Below are positions 1 through 12,064 of a stretch of DNA of 43,428 bases, in pieces. A model generated the notes under the pieces. It ran no database searches. It was not told where the DNA came from and saw nothing but the letters and a program-made list of their open reading frames with translations. A program made the translations under genes and the position numbers. Source of the stretch: Cyanophora paradoxa CCMP329 (lineage: Eukaryota; Plantae; Glaucophyta); contig QPMI01000310.1 in assembly GCA_004431415.1 (NCBI GenBank), positions 1 through 43,428 on the forward strand, written 5' to 3'. Numbering within the stretch: the first letter of the stretch is position 1; each line of letters begins with the position of its first letter.

Positions 1-2167
1 TTCGATCGCGGCTGCACGAGACTCTACGTCGCCGACACGCTGAACAACCGCCTCCGCAGGCTCTCCCCGGGCACCCTCGCCGTCTCCACCGTGCGCCCCC
101 GCCCCGCCCCAGCCATGCCTCCGCCCGCCTAGCCCTGCGCTTGCCGAGCCCGCTCTCAACAATCCCGCAGCCCGCCGGGAGCGGCGCCGTCGACCACCAG
201 GACGGTACGGTTCCTTGCCGGCTTCCCTAGGCCTCGCGCCGCCTTGAATTTCAACGTTAATATTAATTCTCTAATTTCTAGTTTCGCGGGACCGCGCCTG
301 ATGCATATGGGGCCGCAGGCGCGGGTCTCAGCGCGGCGATGAACCTCCCCCGGGGCATTGTACGTGCCCCCCGCCCCCAGCCCGTCCTCCTCCCCCCCCC
401 CCCCCAACCCCCCCCCCCACCCCACCCCCTTCCCCCACCCCGTCTCCCCTCCCCTCCTCGTCCTAATCGGTCAACTGCGCTTGTTCCTCCCCCCTTCCCA
501 GGTTCTCTCGGCGGACGACCGGTTCGGGTACTTCACGACGAGGCACGCCGTCCGCAGCATCGAGTGGGCGAGTGCGCGCCGCCTTATATAATTAGCCTCC
601 TCCCCTTCCATTCCCCCCAGCGTTCCCCCTCCCTCCTCCCATTGTCCCAGCGTCCCCCCCCCCCCCCCTCTCCACACACACGCACACCCTCCCCCCTTCC
701 CACCCCCCCACCCCCCCCCCCCACCCCCACCCCCCACCCCCACCCCCACCCCCCACCCCCCCCCCCCCCTCCCGCCCCCCGCCCCCCCCCCTCCCTCCCT
801 CACCCCACGCGCGTCACCCTCGGCCGCGCCTCCACGGCTCCACGGCCGCACTCCGCATACATGTGGCCAGAATCTAGGCCTTAGGGGGCGGCTCGAACTC
901 GGGTCGAGGTCTCCATGCGGGGACGGCCTCGCGGTTGACGGGGACTACGGGGGCGACGCAGCGGGGAACGTGACGACGATCGCGGGCGGGGCCGGCGGGG
1001 CCCTGGGGGCCGCCTCCGACGGCCTCGGCCCCGCCGCCTCCTTCTTCGAGCCGTGCGCCCGCCTGGCAACTGAAGTCTGTAGCTAGGAACCGAGTTCGAA
1101 GCTCGAGCTCTGACCCCGTCCTGCGCATGCGCGCCGACGACTACTCCAGGTTCGGCATCGCGCTGGTGCGAGCCGCTGACCTCCAGATGCAGCTAGCCCC
1201 CCACCCCCCACCCCCACCCCAGCTCCCCCCCCCCTCCGACTTCCCCCCCCCCTCCCCGGCCTTTTTAAAGGAAGCCTCGAGCTCCGCGCCGGATGTTTCT
1301 AGAGCTGGGGCGGCGGGGCGGGGTGGCGAGGGGGGGGCGGCAGGTGGACGGGGAGACGCTGGTGGTCTCGGAGGAGGACAACGCCCTCCTCCGCCGCGTG
1401 CGCATCTCCACGGTGCCCGCCCCGCCCCCCGCCCCTCCTCCTCCTCGAGCTCCGATCCGGCGCGTGCGCGTGCGCAGGGCGAGGTGACGACCCTCGTGGG
1501 CGTCGCGAACTCGCCCGGCTCCGCGGACGGTGCCCGCCCCGCCCCGCCCCGCCCCGTCGTCAGAGCAGCTCGAATTCGGGCGTACTCTGCTGATGCTGTG
1601 CATGCGCATGCGGGCCTCGAACTCCTGCAGGCGTGGGGACGGCGGCGCGGCTGCAGGCGCCGGGCCCGATGCAGTACCACGCCCCGCGCGACACGCTCTA
1701 CATTCTGCAGCGCGCCGGCGGCGCCTCGCTGAGGAAGGTCGTGTACAGCACCCGTGCGCGCCCTCTGGCCGCGGCCCCTCCGGTTAGATCGGGATGCGCG
1801 AGCGGGCGGGGCCGCTGACGAGAGCGGCAGTGGCGGTGTCGACGGTGGCGGCGGCGGGCGCGCTCGCGGGGAAGGCCCTCGAGCACTTCCTCCTCGACCC
1901 CGCCGCGTGCGTCGCCCCCGCCCAGGCCCCGACGCCCCGAGGGCCCCAACGCGGCTTTGCGGCGGCGGCCGACGCCGGCGGGGGCGCGGGGCGCGGCGCA
2001 GGGGCCGGGCCTTGGTGACGGTGCAGGGACCGGCGGGGGAGCTCTTCTCGCTGCGCCTCGACCTCAACCGCACCGCACCGCCCGCCGCCCCGGCCGCCCG
2101 CTTCCACGTCGGCCCCGGCGCCGCCGTTCTGCTCGCCCCCGACGCCTCCATCCTCGTCGGCGGGTGA
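1..2167 (+). CDS. NHL-repeat (beta-propeller) protein, 3' portion, multi-exon; 5' end lies outside the window
   Basis: Spliced exons give typical NHL blades: LYVADTLNNRLRRL..AVST (1-90), AGSG..DG, NLPRGI, VTTIAG..DG.G.AASFFEP|FGIAL, LVVSEEDNALLRRV, VTTLVG..GSADG.GTAARL. TGA stop at 2165-2167. One junction between 563 and 961 is unresolved. Confidence 0.8.
595..805 (+). repeat. Intronic C-rich low-complexity tract
   Basis: Near-continuous poly-C and CCCCCA-type runs inside an intron of the NHL gene. Confidence 0.8.
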
Positions 2168-3276
2168 CCTGCCCGGCCAGGCTCAAAGAATTCTCCAACT
2201 TAATTTTCGCGCTGGTCTGGTCAAAATCAAGTACTAGTGTCAAGGACTAGTAGTACTCGTTTTCGGTCGCTTTGCACCCCTTCGGATTCTTTTAAGACTC
2301 CGCCCCCTCTTCCTCTCTCTTGCAGAGCCGAGTCTCCGGCCGCGGCGGCAGCCCTTAAGCTTGTGAGGTTCGATCTCTGCTTCTGCTCCGGTTTGATAGG
2401 AGCAGCGGACTCGGATCAAGTCTCATCAAGATCGCTAGATCGGAGGGAGTCTAGCTATAGCAGCTGCCCAGATCTAGTGTCGGGGAGCGAAATTTCGTGG
2501 TGTGTGGTTTTGCATGCCGCAGTGCTGCGCATGCGCATGCACTAAATTCAAGGAGCAATAACGAAAGCTTTCGGTACTGCTCCTTAAATTATATATATAT
2601 CAGAATCAGCTAGGTCATGAATTATAAAATTACGAAGGTACCTAGCTGATCATGACCTGAATAACGATGCGTCTAGGCCGCAGTCTGTCATCGAAAATCA
2701 AAATTATCGTGATCGATATTGATGTAGCTGTAGGTCCGCAAATTTACATGCCATTTCTGCTTCCAAAAGGAGCAGCCAAGGCCACAAAATGTTTAGGGCA
2801 GGCCTAAGCTCATCGCAGGCCCTGATGCCCTTGAGAAAGTGCACATAAGCATAGGCAACAATATTAATGTGAACAGCAATCTCGATTGAATCGCAGGAGA
2901 ATTGTATGTACAATCGCGAAACCTACATCGAAAGACCTAGGCCTGAAAAGGAGACTCTGATCATGATCATGAGCACATCCAAAAACTGAATGTCTTGGTC
3001 GACACGCACTGCGGCAGACCATGCGAGATGCAACTACAAAAGCTCTAATAGCTCGCCGTACCCTGAAAATTGATCATGATGAAGCTAGAGCTACCCATCA
3101 GGATGGAAACTTTGTAGCCCTCCGGATCCCATGGCCACTGGACCACATAAAACCCGGTGATCGAAAAAAAGATCGCGATCACGAAATGATCACGTCCCGT
3201 TGAAACGATCGCGAATCAAAACCCACCGCCAGCTGCATCGACGCCGACGACGCAGAAAAGCCGGGAAGGCGGGGCG

Positions 3277-6016
3277 CTAGGAGGGGCCGCGGGTCGAGGG
3301 GGCGGCGGAGGCTCCCGAGGAGGCCCGCGGCGAGCAGGAGGCGGCTCCGGAGGCGGCGGAGGGGACGGCGGATCCGGAGGGGACGGGGAGGGCGGCCCCC
3401 GCTTCCGAGGCGAGGCCGTCCCCGTCCGGGGCCACCTGGTGCGAGTCGCGACCCGAGTCAGATGTCAGAGAGCTCAAGGAGAGAGCGGGATGCAATGATC
3501 TCTATGGTGAGGTGCAATGCTGAAAGCAAGGGGGCGCGCGAGGTGGGACTTGTCGAAGTAGACGGAGGAGGGCCGGCACGCGAAGCCGACGTGCGTCACC
3601 CGCCGCACGTCCCCGCTCAGGTGCACCTGCACTGCCCGTGTCAAGCTCCGCCTTGGGCGAGGGGGCCGGGGCCGGGGCGGGGGCGGGGGCGGGGGCGGGG
3701 GCGGGGCGGGCCTCGATCTTGAGGGCGGTGGGGTCGGGCCGCTGCTCGTCGTAGCTCGCCACGATGAACTCGCCTGCGGCCGCCGCGCAGCGTCAGGAGC
3801 GCCGCCCCGAGGCCCCCGCGCGCGAGCCCGAGCCGCGCGAGGGACGGAGAAGGGCTGGGGGGACAGAGGGAGCACGAGGGCAGGAACAATACGGAGAGGG
3901 AAAAGGGAAAAGAGGAGGGGGAGGGGGAGAAGGAGAAGGGGGGGGGGGGGGGGGGGGCGGCGGAAAGAGGTGGGCTAACGGCGAGGGTGTGGCTTAATTG
4001 AACGAGAGGAGGGCTAAACGGGAGAGGGAGGGGCGGGGCCGGGCGCGGTGCGGCGCGCCGTCAGCGAACTCGGCCTCGTACTTGGCGGCGGCGGCGGCCA
4101 GCGCCCGCCCCTCTGCCCTGAACTCGTGCAGCAGCACCTGCGCAGCAGCCGGCGCGCCCGGATCGCATCAGCGCTTGTTCGATAGGAGCAGCCAGAACAG
4201 CGAGCGTTGATGAGCGTGGGTCGAAGGAGCACAGAGAGCTAGAGCTAGAGCAGCTCGAGCTATGAGTAAGGAAACGAAGCTCCGGGGCGGTAGGCGTAGA
4301 AACGCCTCCGGATCCGAGCAAGCACGCTCCCCCGACAGCGCACGGCCCGCGTCATCACGGGTACCCCCTCTGCCGGCGTGGCTAGCCCTCTAGATCTACC
4401 TTGGGCGGCCGGCTCCGGGCGGGCGGGGCTCGGGGGGCGCGGGGCGGGGCGGAACGGACCTCGCGGACGCCGTCGGCGAAGAAGGAGAGCTGGAAGGTGT
4501 AGAGGAGGCTCGCGGAGAGGGCCACCCCTGCCCCCGCCCCCGCCGAGGACGAGGAGGTCGTGCTCGAGGTCGAGCCGCAGCTCGCCGCCGAGCCCCGCCT
4601 CGACCTCGCCCCCGGGTCCCCGCTCGAGCCCCGCCGCCGCCGCCTCCGCCGCCGCGGCGAGGATGAGGAGGAGCCGGGCGATGCGGCCGGCGCCTCGGGC
4701 GGGGCCGGGGCGCCCGCCGGCGGCGGGGGCGAGGGGAGGGCGGGGAGGAGAGGGGCGGGGCCGGGGCTCGATCTGCGGGGCGCGTGAGCAGCGGAGAGGG
4801 GCGGGGGCGCGGGGCGGGGCGGGGCCGGCGCCTCGTGGAGGCCGGGCTCGGAGAGGAGGCGGGAGGCGAGGAGGGCGCCCCCCGCGTAGACGTCGAGGAC
4901 GTAGCGGGGGCGGGCGACGGCGTCGAGGCGGCAGCGCGCGGGGCGCTGCTTCGCGCGGGACATGCGCAGGAGAAGGAAGGCGCGGTAGCCCCCCGGCGGC
5001 TCCGCGTCCATGGCGGGCCCGTACGCGGCCCGGCAGAGGCGGCGCCAGAGGCCGGGGTCGGCGGCGAGGGCGCGGAGGAGGCGGCAGGTGGCGGAGATGG
5101 CGAGGAGGTCGCGCGCGCTCGCCACGAAGCGCAGCACGAGGCGCACCACGTCCGCCGGCAGCGCCAGCAACGGGAATCCGCCCCCGCCGCCCCCGCCGCC
5201 CTCCCCGTCCGCCCCGCCGGCCCGCGCGGCGGCGCGCGCCTCCTCGAGGGCGGCGGCGGCGGCGGCGCGGGCGGCGGCGGCGCGGGCGCGGGAGAGGCCC
5301 AGAGGGAGGCCTCGGCGGCGCGGTCGGCCTCGGGCGCCGCCGCGTCGGCCTCCAGGGCCGCCACCGAGCCGGCCTCGTCGCGCGGCGGCGGCGGAGGCGG
5401 CGGGGCGGCGGCGCGGCCGGGCGCGTGGCGGGCGGCTGCGCGGCCGGCTCGTGGGGGCGGGCGGGGGAGCGCGGGGAGAGGCCGATGGGGAGGACGCCGG
5501 CGCGCTCGAGGAGGAGCTGCCAGTGGGGCACGGGCACGACCGCCTCGGAGAGCTCCGAGCTCCCCCGCGCCGGCGCCCCCGGCGAGGCCCCCGAGGCGGC
5601 CCTCGGCGGCGTCGGCGGCCGCTCCGGCGACTCGAGCCCGTCGGCCCGCTTCCGCTTCTGCGCCCCGGCGCCCACCGGCGAGGCCAGCAGGCCTGGGAGG
5701 GGCGGCAGGGGCGGGGCGGCGGGGCCGGCGGCGAAGGCCCGCCGGGGTGCCCCCACTTGACCTCCGCGTGGAGCAGGCCCGACGCGCCGCATGCGTCCGC
5801 GTGGAGGAGCCAGCGGCGCGCGAGGCCAAGCTGGCCCGCCGCGTGCGCCTGCGGCACGGCGGCGAAGGCGGACGGGAGGCGGGGCCCGGGATCGTGCCCG
5901 TAGCCGGCCAGGGGGCGCACGAGGCCGGCCACTTGCGGACGCGGCGGCCCGATCTGCACGGGGCTACCTCGCGGCGCCCCCGCCGCCAGCGGCCCCGCGT
6001 ACGCGCCCTCCTTCAT
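3277..6016 (-). CDS. F-box domain protein with a Pro/Ala-rich N-terminus, multi-exon
   Basis: F-box FPLLALPADVVRLVLRFVASARDLLAISATCRLLRALAADPGLWRRLC at about 5040-5180. Downstream exons VLLHEFRAEG..., GEFIVASYDEQ... and VHLSGDVRRV... join through GT/GC-AG introns. Apparent frameshifts in C/G runs make the ends approximate. Confidence 0.75.
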
Positions 6017-6843
6017 CGGTGTCGACGTCGCGCGAGCGATCGAGCTGCCTGCGCCGGGCGCCGCTCGTCGGACGTCGCGGGCGCTGGAAGCGGCAGATCT
6101 AGAGCGCGGAGAGGTGCATATGGGACGCCTACCTCAGCGAAGCATGCTCCTGCCCCGCGCTTCGCCTCTCCTTATTGCGTACATCGGCCTGGCGGGCGCA
6201 GCTCGAGCTGCGGAGCAGATCGCCGTCGCCTACAGTTGCTGCTGCCGATCAGGCTGTCAGCTGATCAGTCTCGTGATGCAGTCAACTTGACGTCGCCTCT
6301 GTCCTTTTCGCTGCCGACTGCTCCCGACTCTGTTCCGATTGATTCGATCCTAACCGCGCGGGCAGCTAGCGCTGCTCCGGACGTTGCGCGGAGGTCCGCC
6401 TTGCATCGTAGCCGATCATGCGCGCATCGGCAGAAGCGGCGGGACAGCCGCCAAGGACGGCGCGGACACGGGGATCGCTCGGAGGGCGGCTCGAGTTGGT
6501 TCCCAGTGCTAGCGCTGCGCGGTTGCGGGCTGCTCCGCGGTTGCGCCGACGCGAGCTGCGGGTGCTTGCTGCAGCTGCTGAGTGCGTGCGATCGGCCGCG
6601 TCGACCAGCAGCCAGCTGCAGGGACCGGAGCGGTTGTCGAGATCCGCGCGCGCTTCTCAATGGTTCGAGATCTTTGTCCGTACCCCCCCCCTGCAAGGCT
6701 CGCCACTTCCCCCCCAGTTCTTGCCTTGACCGCGCGCGCGGCCGGTTTAAAAAAATTTGTATTGCAAGGTGCGATTCGGAATTGCGGCGGGGCATGCAGC
6801 GGACTACTGTTAGAGGGGGGCGCGGGAACGGGCCGGGGGCGTG

Positions 6844-9800
6844 CTAGAGGGCGGGGTGGGGACGATGGAGGCGGGGCGGGAGGGGACGAGGACGGAGCCG
6901 ACGATGCCGGACTGGCTCCCGCCCCGCGTCCGCATCACCCCGTTCACCGACCGCACGATCGAGTTCACCCGCGCCGGCGCAGCCTTCCGCGCCGCCGCCG
7001 CGTACGACGCCGCCCCCTCCCCGCCGCCCCGCCGCCCCCGCCGCCACCGCCGCGGCGCCCCCGACGAAGGAGCCGTTGCGGGGCCCGAGGCGGCCGCCGC
7101 CGAAGGAGCCGTAGGGGGTGCCGGCGGCGGAGGGGCCGGGGCCCGGCGGGGGCCCGGCGGGCGGCTGGGGCTCTATGGAGCGCGTGCGGGCGATGGAGCG
7201 GTAGATGGAGGGGCCGCCTGCCCCCGCCCCGGACGTGCTCGGCACCGACGCCGGCAGCGAGGGGGCCTTGCCGGCGGCGGCGGCGGCGGAGCCGGCGGGG
7301 CAGCCGCGCGGGAGGGCCGCGCGGGGCGCCCCGTCGGTGTAGAGGGAGGTGGGCGGGCTCGCCCCCGCGACGCTGCCGCGGTGGGAGGGGCGGCGGGGGC
7401 GGCGGGCCAGCCGGCGGGGCCGGCGCCGGAGGAGGCGGGGCGGGAGGCGAGGGAGGGCATGGAGAGGTCGGAGGCGACGCGGGCGGCGGGGCGGGAGCCC
7501 GTCGGGAGGCGCTGGCCCGAGCCCGAGGGCGGGCGCCCCGCGGCCGGCAGGCGCACGCCGTCGGGCCCCACCTCGTCCTCGAAGGAGACCGAGGGGAAGG
7601 CGTCGGGCTCGGCCGCGGCGGCGGGACGTGCGGCAGGGCGCCGGGGAGCGTCGGGAGGGCCCCGCCGAGCCGTTCGTGCGGGGCGGGCGGGAGGAGCGGG
7701 TGTGGTAGAGGGAGGAGGCCGTGCCGCGGGGCGGGCGGCCCGAGGCGGTCGAGCCGGCCGGCGGGAGCCCGCTCTGGATCTTCTGCAGCTCGGCGCGCGC
7801 CCTCTCGAGCAGCGGCATCGAGGGCACCGCCGCCTCGTCCTGGTGCTCGTCTGCGCGCGCGGGGCGGCGCGGGGCGAGCGTGAGGGGCGCGGGGCGCGGG
7901 GGAGGAGAGGGGGTGAGGGGGCGCACCGCGGAGGCGGGCCATGAGCTCCTCGATGACCTTGTCGCGCACCTGCAGAGGGCGCTCGGCGCCGGCGGAGGAA
8001 GGCGGGCGGGGGGGCGGGGGGGCGGGCGGACGCGGATCTGGTCGAGGAGCTTGGCGACGTCCTCCTCGCGCTGGCGGAGGACGGAGTCGTGGAGGAGGCT
8101 CTGCTCCTCGAGCTCCATGTTCTCCAGCTCGAGGACGTGGATGCGGTACTCGAGCTCGAGGAGCTCCCGCCGCTCGGCGCTGGTCACGCGGCGGGGCATC
8201 TCGAAGCGCAGGTTCTTCGCCACCGCCTCGTTCTCCCGCAGCCGCCGCTCGAGCTGGCTCTTCAGCTCCCCGTTCTTCCCCGCGTTCGTCCCGATCGTCT
8301 GCACCTCCGAGCGCGCCGCCCGCACGGCCCGGGGCGTGCCGGGGGCCCCCTCGGGGCGCCGCCCGTCGGGCCCGCGGGGCCACTGGGCGTCCCACTCGTC
8401 GACCTCGGCCTGGCGCTTGGCGATCTCCTGCGCGTTGCGCTGGTTGAGGTCCTCGAGGTCGATCAGCGAGCGCCGCAGCTGCATCCGCTCCTGGAAGTTC
8501 AGCACGATGTCCTGCCGCAGCCGCTGCACCTCCCGCCGCTCCGCGTCGTCCGTCAGCGGCCGCCGCTGCTCGCCGGCGCCCCCCCCGTCCTCGGCGCGGG
8601 CCGAGGCGAGGCGGCCCTTGAGCTGGGAGATCTCGCTGCGCAGGTCCGCGATGATGCGCGTGTACTGCGAGATGTGGTACGTCACGTTCATCACGTTCCG
8701 CTGCACCTGCGCACCCGCCGCCCGCCCTCAGCGGGGCCGGCGGGCGGGGGCGGGGGGCGGGGCGGGCCTTGAGCTTGATGTTCTTGGCGCGGTTGGCGTA
8801 CTTGAGGGTGTTGTGCGTCTCCTCGAAGGTCACCGAGGCGGGGCTCAGCGTGGCGACCATCACGGTGCGGCAGTTGCCCCCGAGGCTGTCCTTCAGCAGG
8901 CGCGTCAGCTTGGAGTCGCGGTACGGCACGAAGCTCCCCTTGTTCTGCCGGTCTCCGAGCGCGTTGATGCAGTTCCCCAGCGCCAGCAGCGAGCGGTTGA
9001 TGTTCGCCCCCTCCACCATCCGCTGGCCCCGGTTCTGCGCCCCCGTTCCACGCGCTCAGAGAGGCGCCGCGCGGTATGGGGCCCGACGCGAGCGGGCGGG
9101 CGGAGGGGGCGGGCGGGCCTGGGTGACGGCGGCGCGCTCGGAGCCGGCGAGGTCGATGAGGGAGAGCTTCCCGATGCGCACTTGCGCGTGGATGTCCGGC
9201 GTCCGCTCCTTACTCTCGATGCTCACCTGCGCCCCGCCGCTCGCCGCGCGTTCTGTGGGCGGGCAGGGCCGGGGGCGGGCGGGGCGGGGGCGGGCCTGGA
9301 GGACACCCGCTCCGAGTTCGGGTCCCGCATCTGCCGGCCCCCGCCGCGCGCCGGCGTCGGCGGGGCGGGACGCGGGGGGCGCAAGGGGGGCGCCGGCGCG
9401 GCGGCGCCGCACCCGCTCGAAGAGGTCGCGGAAGATGAGAACCATGATGCCCGGGTTCTGCGGGCGGCCTCGGCGGGGCGCTGGGGCGGGGCGGGGCGGA
9501 GCTGCGGGCCGGCGCGCCTGCACGGTGCCGATCATGGTGTAGGTCTTGCCGGTGCCGGTCGCGCCGTACGCGAAGACCGTCGCGTTGAAGCCGTTGAGGA
9601 CGCTCTCGATCATCGGGCGGCCGGTCACCTCGTACACCTCCTCCTGCCCCGCGTCCCCGTCGAACGCGTAGTCGAACGCGTACCTGCGCACGCGCTCGCC
9701 GCGCGACCCGCCGAGCGCGCGGCGCGGCGGCCGCACCGCTTCTCCCGCGACCTGTTGGCGCGCAGCACATCCCTCTCCTTCTCCTCCGCCTCCTGCGGGT

Positions 9801-10069
9801 CGAGGATGACGACGATCTGCAGCGGCGCGGTCAGCCGGGGCCGCCATTGCGCGGGAAGCGCCGGGAGAACCTTCCGGTCGATGACCCGAACCACCGGAAA
9901 GTTTCCCTGTATCTGGCGCTCCCTTTGGCTCAGCGGCCGACACCTGACCGCGACCTGCGACGCGGGCCCCTTAGCTACGTGGCCTTCTGTGCGGGGGCGA
10001 GGCGCCGGCGCAGCCGGCTTCGCCGGAACGCACGAGGATGTTGTCCTGTTCCTGGTCTAAGTCGGCCAT
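6844..10069 (-). CDS. KIF19: Kinesin-8 family motor, KIF19-like; the central motor segment including switch I is missing in this sequence
   Basis: Spliced motifs: [33 protein letters not shown]-loop [62 protein letters not shown] and neck [20 protein letters not shown]. These closely resemble KIF19 as I recall it. A coiled coil and a low-complexity tail follow. The 3' end is approximate. Confidence 0.9.
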
Positions 10070-10369
10070 CCTGGCCTCGGCCTAGCCGGTCGAAATAGCT
10101 AGCGGCCGTGTGCAAGTACTGAGGCTTCGAGTGATGCCTCACCGTGTGGCCCTCACACACGCTGGGGGCTCATGGCCATGGGGCCCCGGCAGCTCGCTGA
10201 TAGGGCGTCGCGGAGGCGGTAAAAGCGGCGCACAGCCAGGTCCAGACACCGGAAGATGTCGTCTTCCTCGCCTCCAACTCACTCCTACGCGGGCGCTAGG
10301 CGAGCCGGATGTGCGCACACGAGGTCTTCAAGTTGGGCTGCTCAAACGACCCGTACCCGTCGAAAGAGA
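10070..10369. promoter_or_regulatory. Putative bidirectional promoter between the KIF19-like gene and nblB
   Basis: 300 nt between divergent ATGs, with lower GC than the coding regions and GTACCC at 10353. Confidence 0.6.
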
Positions 10370-12064
10370 ATGTCGGCTTTCTCTCTGTCGATTCCCAGCC
10401 ACGCGGCGTGCTCCTCGCACGCTTCGCAGCTAAATCGAGCGGATTTCTGCCGGCAAGACACGCCGCGGCCGCGGTCGCGGACGCAGGTCGTTCGGCATGC
10501 GTTCGAAGCAAGCGAGGCCCTGCGGCCGCGCTCGTTCCAAGCGTACAACGGCCGGAAGCTGCGTGTAGCACACGACGCGACTCCGATCGCGTCTACGACT
10601 CAGCCAGGTGAGCGTGGCCACTGGCACGCGCGCGCGTGCGGGACAGGGAGCGCCCCTGCGAGGGCGCGCATGGCGTCATTTAGACGACCAAATCTCCTCT
10701 CTGACTTCTGCGGTGCAGAGGGGCCTGACCGCTCGAAGCTGGGCCCGACGGACGAGCGCTTCGGCCCGGGCATCGCTATGGGCGCGCGGGAGGTGGAAGA
10801 GAAGCTGCAGGCGGGCAACAAGAAGGACAAGATGCTCGCGCTAACGGCGCTTCGAGACTTGCAGCCGCCGGGCGAGGCCGTGCGACTCCTGTGCGCGGCG
10901 CTCGAGGACGGCAACGCGGACATCCGGGCGACGGCGGCATTCAACCTGGGCGCCCAGCGCGCCTTCCGGGAGGTGCCGGAGACGGTGCCGCGGCTGCTGG
11001 AGCGGCTGGGCCTGGACGCCGACTACTCGGTGCGGGCCTCGGCGGCCGGGGCGCTGGGCTACCTCGAGGACGCCCGCGCCCTCGACGGCCTCGTCTGCGC
11101 TGTCTTCGAGGACACGGGTGCGCGCGCGGCGCGGCGCGATGCGCGGCGCGCGCCGCCCGAACGGCGGGGCGGCAGAGTGGCTGGTGGTCTTCAGCGCGGC
11201 GACGGCGCTGGGGAACCTGCGGGACGCGCGCGCCGTGCCGTGCCTGCTGGACTGCCTGGACCGCGCCGACAGCGAGCTCGTCCAGCAGGCCGCCATCGGC
11301 GCCCTCGGCGAGATCCGCGCCCTCGAGGGTGCCCCCTGCATTCCGCAGCGGCGTGCCCCCCGGGGCCGACCCGCTCTTGCGCAGCCGTGCCGCGCCTGCT
11401 GGCCTTCATGACCTCCCCCGACTACCTCGTCCGCCAGCGCCTCGCCGAGGCCCTGGTGCGCCCTGCCCCCGCAGCCCGCCCGGGGCCTGGGCGCCGGACG
11501 CTGAGCGGCGCCCCCGCAGGGGCGGCTGGTGTGCGCGGCGAGCCTGGAGGCCCTCCAGAGCCTCGCCCGCGACGAGCACCCCAACGTGCGCCCCGCGGCC
11601 CCCGCCCTCGGCGCGGCCCCCGGCGCCTCACGCCGGCTGCGCGGGGCAGGTGCGGGACGCGGCGAGGATCTCGCTGCGGGGCCTGCGCACGAAGGAAGCC
11701 CTCGACCAGATCATGCAGCAGATCAGGCGCCCCGCCCCCGCGCCCCGCCCGCGCGCCCCTCGGCCCCGCTGACCCTCGGGCCCGGCCCCGCAGCGACTCG
11801 AAGGCCGGGGCGAGGACGGCGGCCTCGTGTACGGCCTCCCGAACCGGCCCGCGCCCTCCCGGGCCGCCGCCCGCAGGCCCCGCGGCCGCCGCCGGGGCCG
11901 CTGGGCGGGCAGTCCTCGGGGCCGGCGACGAGCTGGCGCGCATGCTGAGCGCCGAGGTCGCGCGGCGCCGCGCCGAGGGCCCCGCCCCGGGCGACGAGGC
12001 GGCCGGCGACCAGGAGGGCGGCGACGGCGAGGACGACGCCGAGGGGCCGAGGGGCGCGCTGTGA
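10370..12064 (+). CDS. nblB: Plastid-targeted NblB-like PBS-lyase HEAT-repeat protein (phycobilisome degradation)
   Basis: Splicing introns 10608-10718, 11118-11175, 11329-11384, 11456-11519 and 11586-11649 gives DADYSVRASAAGALGYLEDARA..FEDTEWLVVFSAATALGNL..VQQAAIGALGEI..DYLVRQRLAEALG..DEHPNVRDAARISL, the cyanobacterial NblB pattern. The N-terminus is an MSAF-type Ser/Arg-rich presequence. Confidence 0.85.
   Translation: MSAFSLSIPSHAACSSHASQLNRADFCRQDTPRPRSRTQVVRHAFEASEALRPRSFQAYNGRKLRVAHDATPIASTTQPGERGHWHARACGTGSAPARARMASFRRPNLLSDFCGAEGPDRSKLGPTDERFGPGIAMGAREVEEKLQAGNKKDKMLALTALRDLQPPGEAVRLLCAALEDGNADIRATAAFNLGAQRAFREVPETVPRLLERLGLDADYSVRASAAGALGYLEDARALDGLVCAVFEDTGARAARRDARRAPPERRGGRVAGGLQRGDGAGEPAGRARRAVPAGLPGPRRQRARPAGRHRRPRRDPRPRGCPLHSAAACPPGPTRSCAAVPRLLAFMTSPDYLVRQRLAEALVRPAPAARPGPGRRTLSGAPAGAAGVRGEPGGPPEPRPRRAPQRAPRGPRPRRGPRRLTPAARGRCGTRRGSRCGACARRKPSTRSCSRSGAPPPRPARAPLGPADPRARPRSDSKAGARTAASCTASRTGPRPPGPPPAGPAAAAGAAGRAVLGAGDELARMLSAEVARRRAEGPAPGDEAAGDQEGGDGEDDAEGPRGAL

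Noticed and set aside
3655-3710. (GGGGGC)n / (CCCCG)n arrays as telomeric or satellite repeats
   Set aside because: They are short, lie inside introns and form the generic C-rich 5' intron arm.
10370-12064. nblB as bacterial contamination or a chimeric contig
   Set aside because: It has host-style introns and a transit peptide, and it shares a short divergent intergenic region with the kinesin gene.
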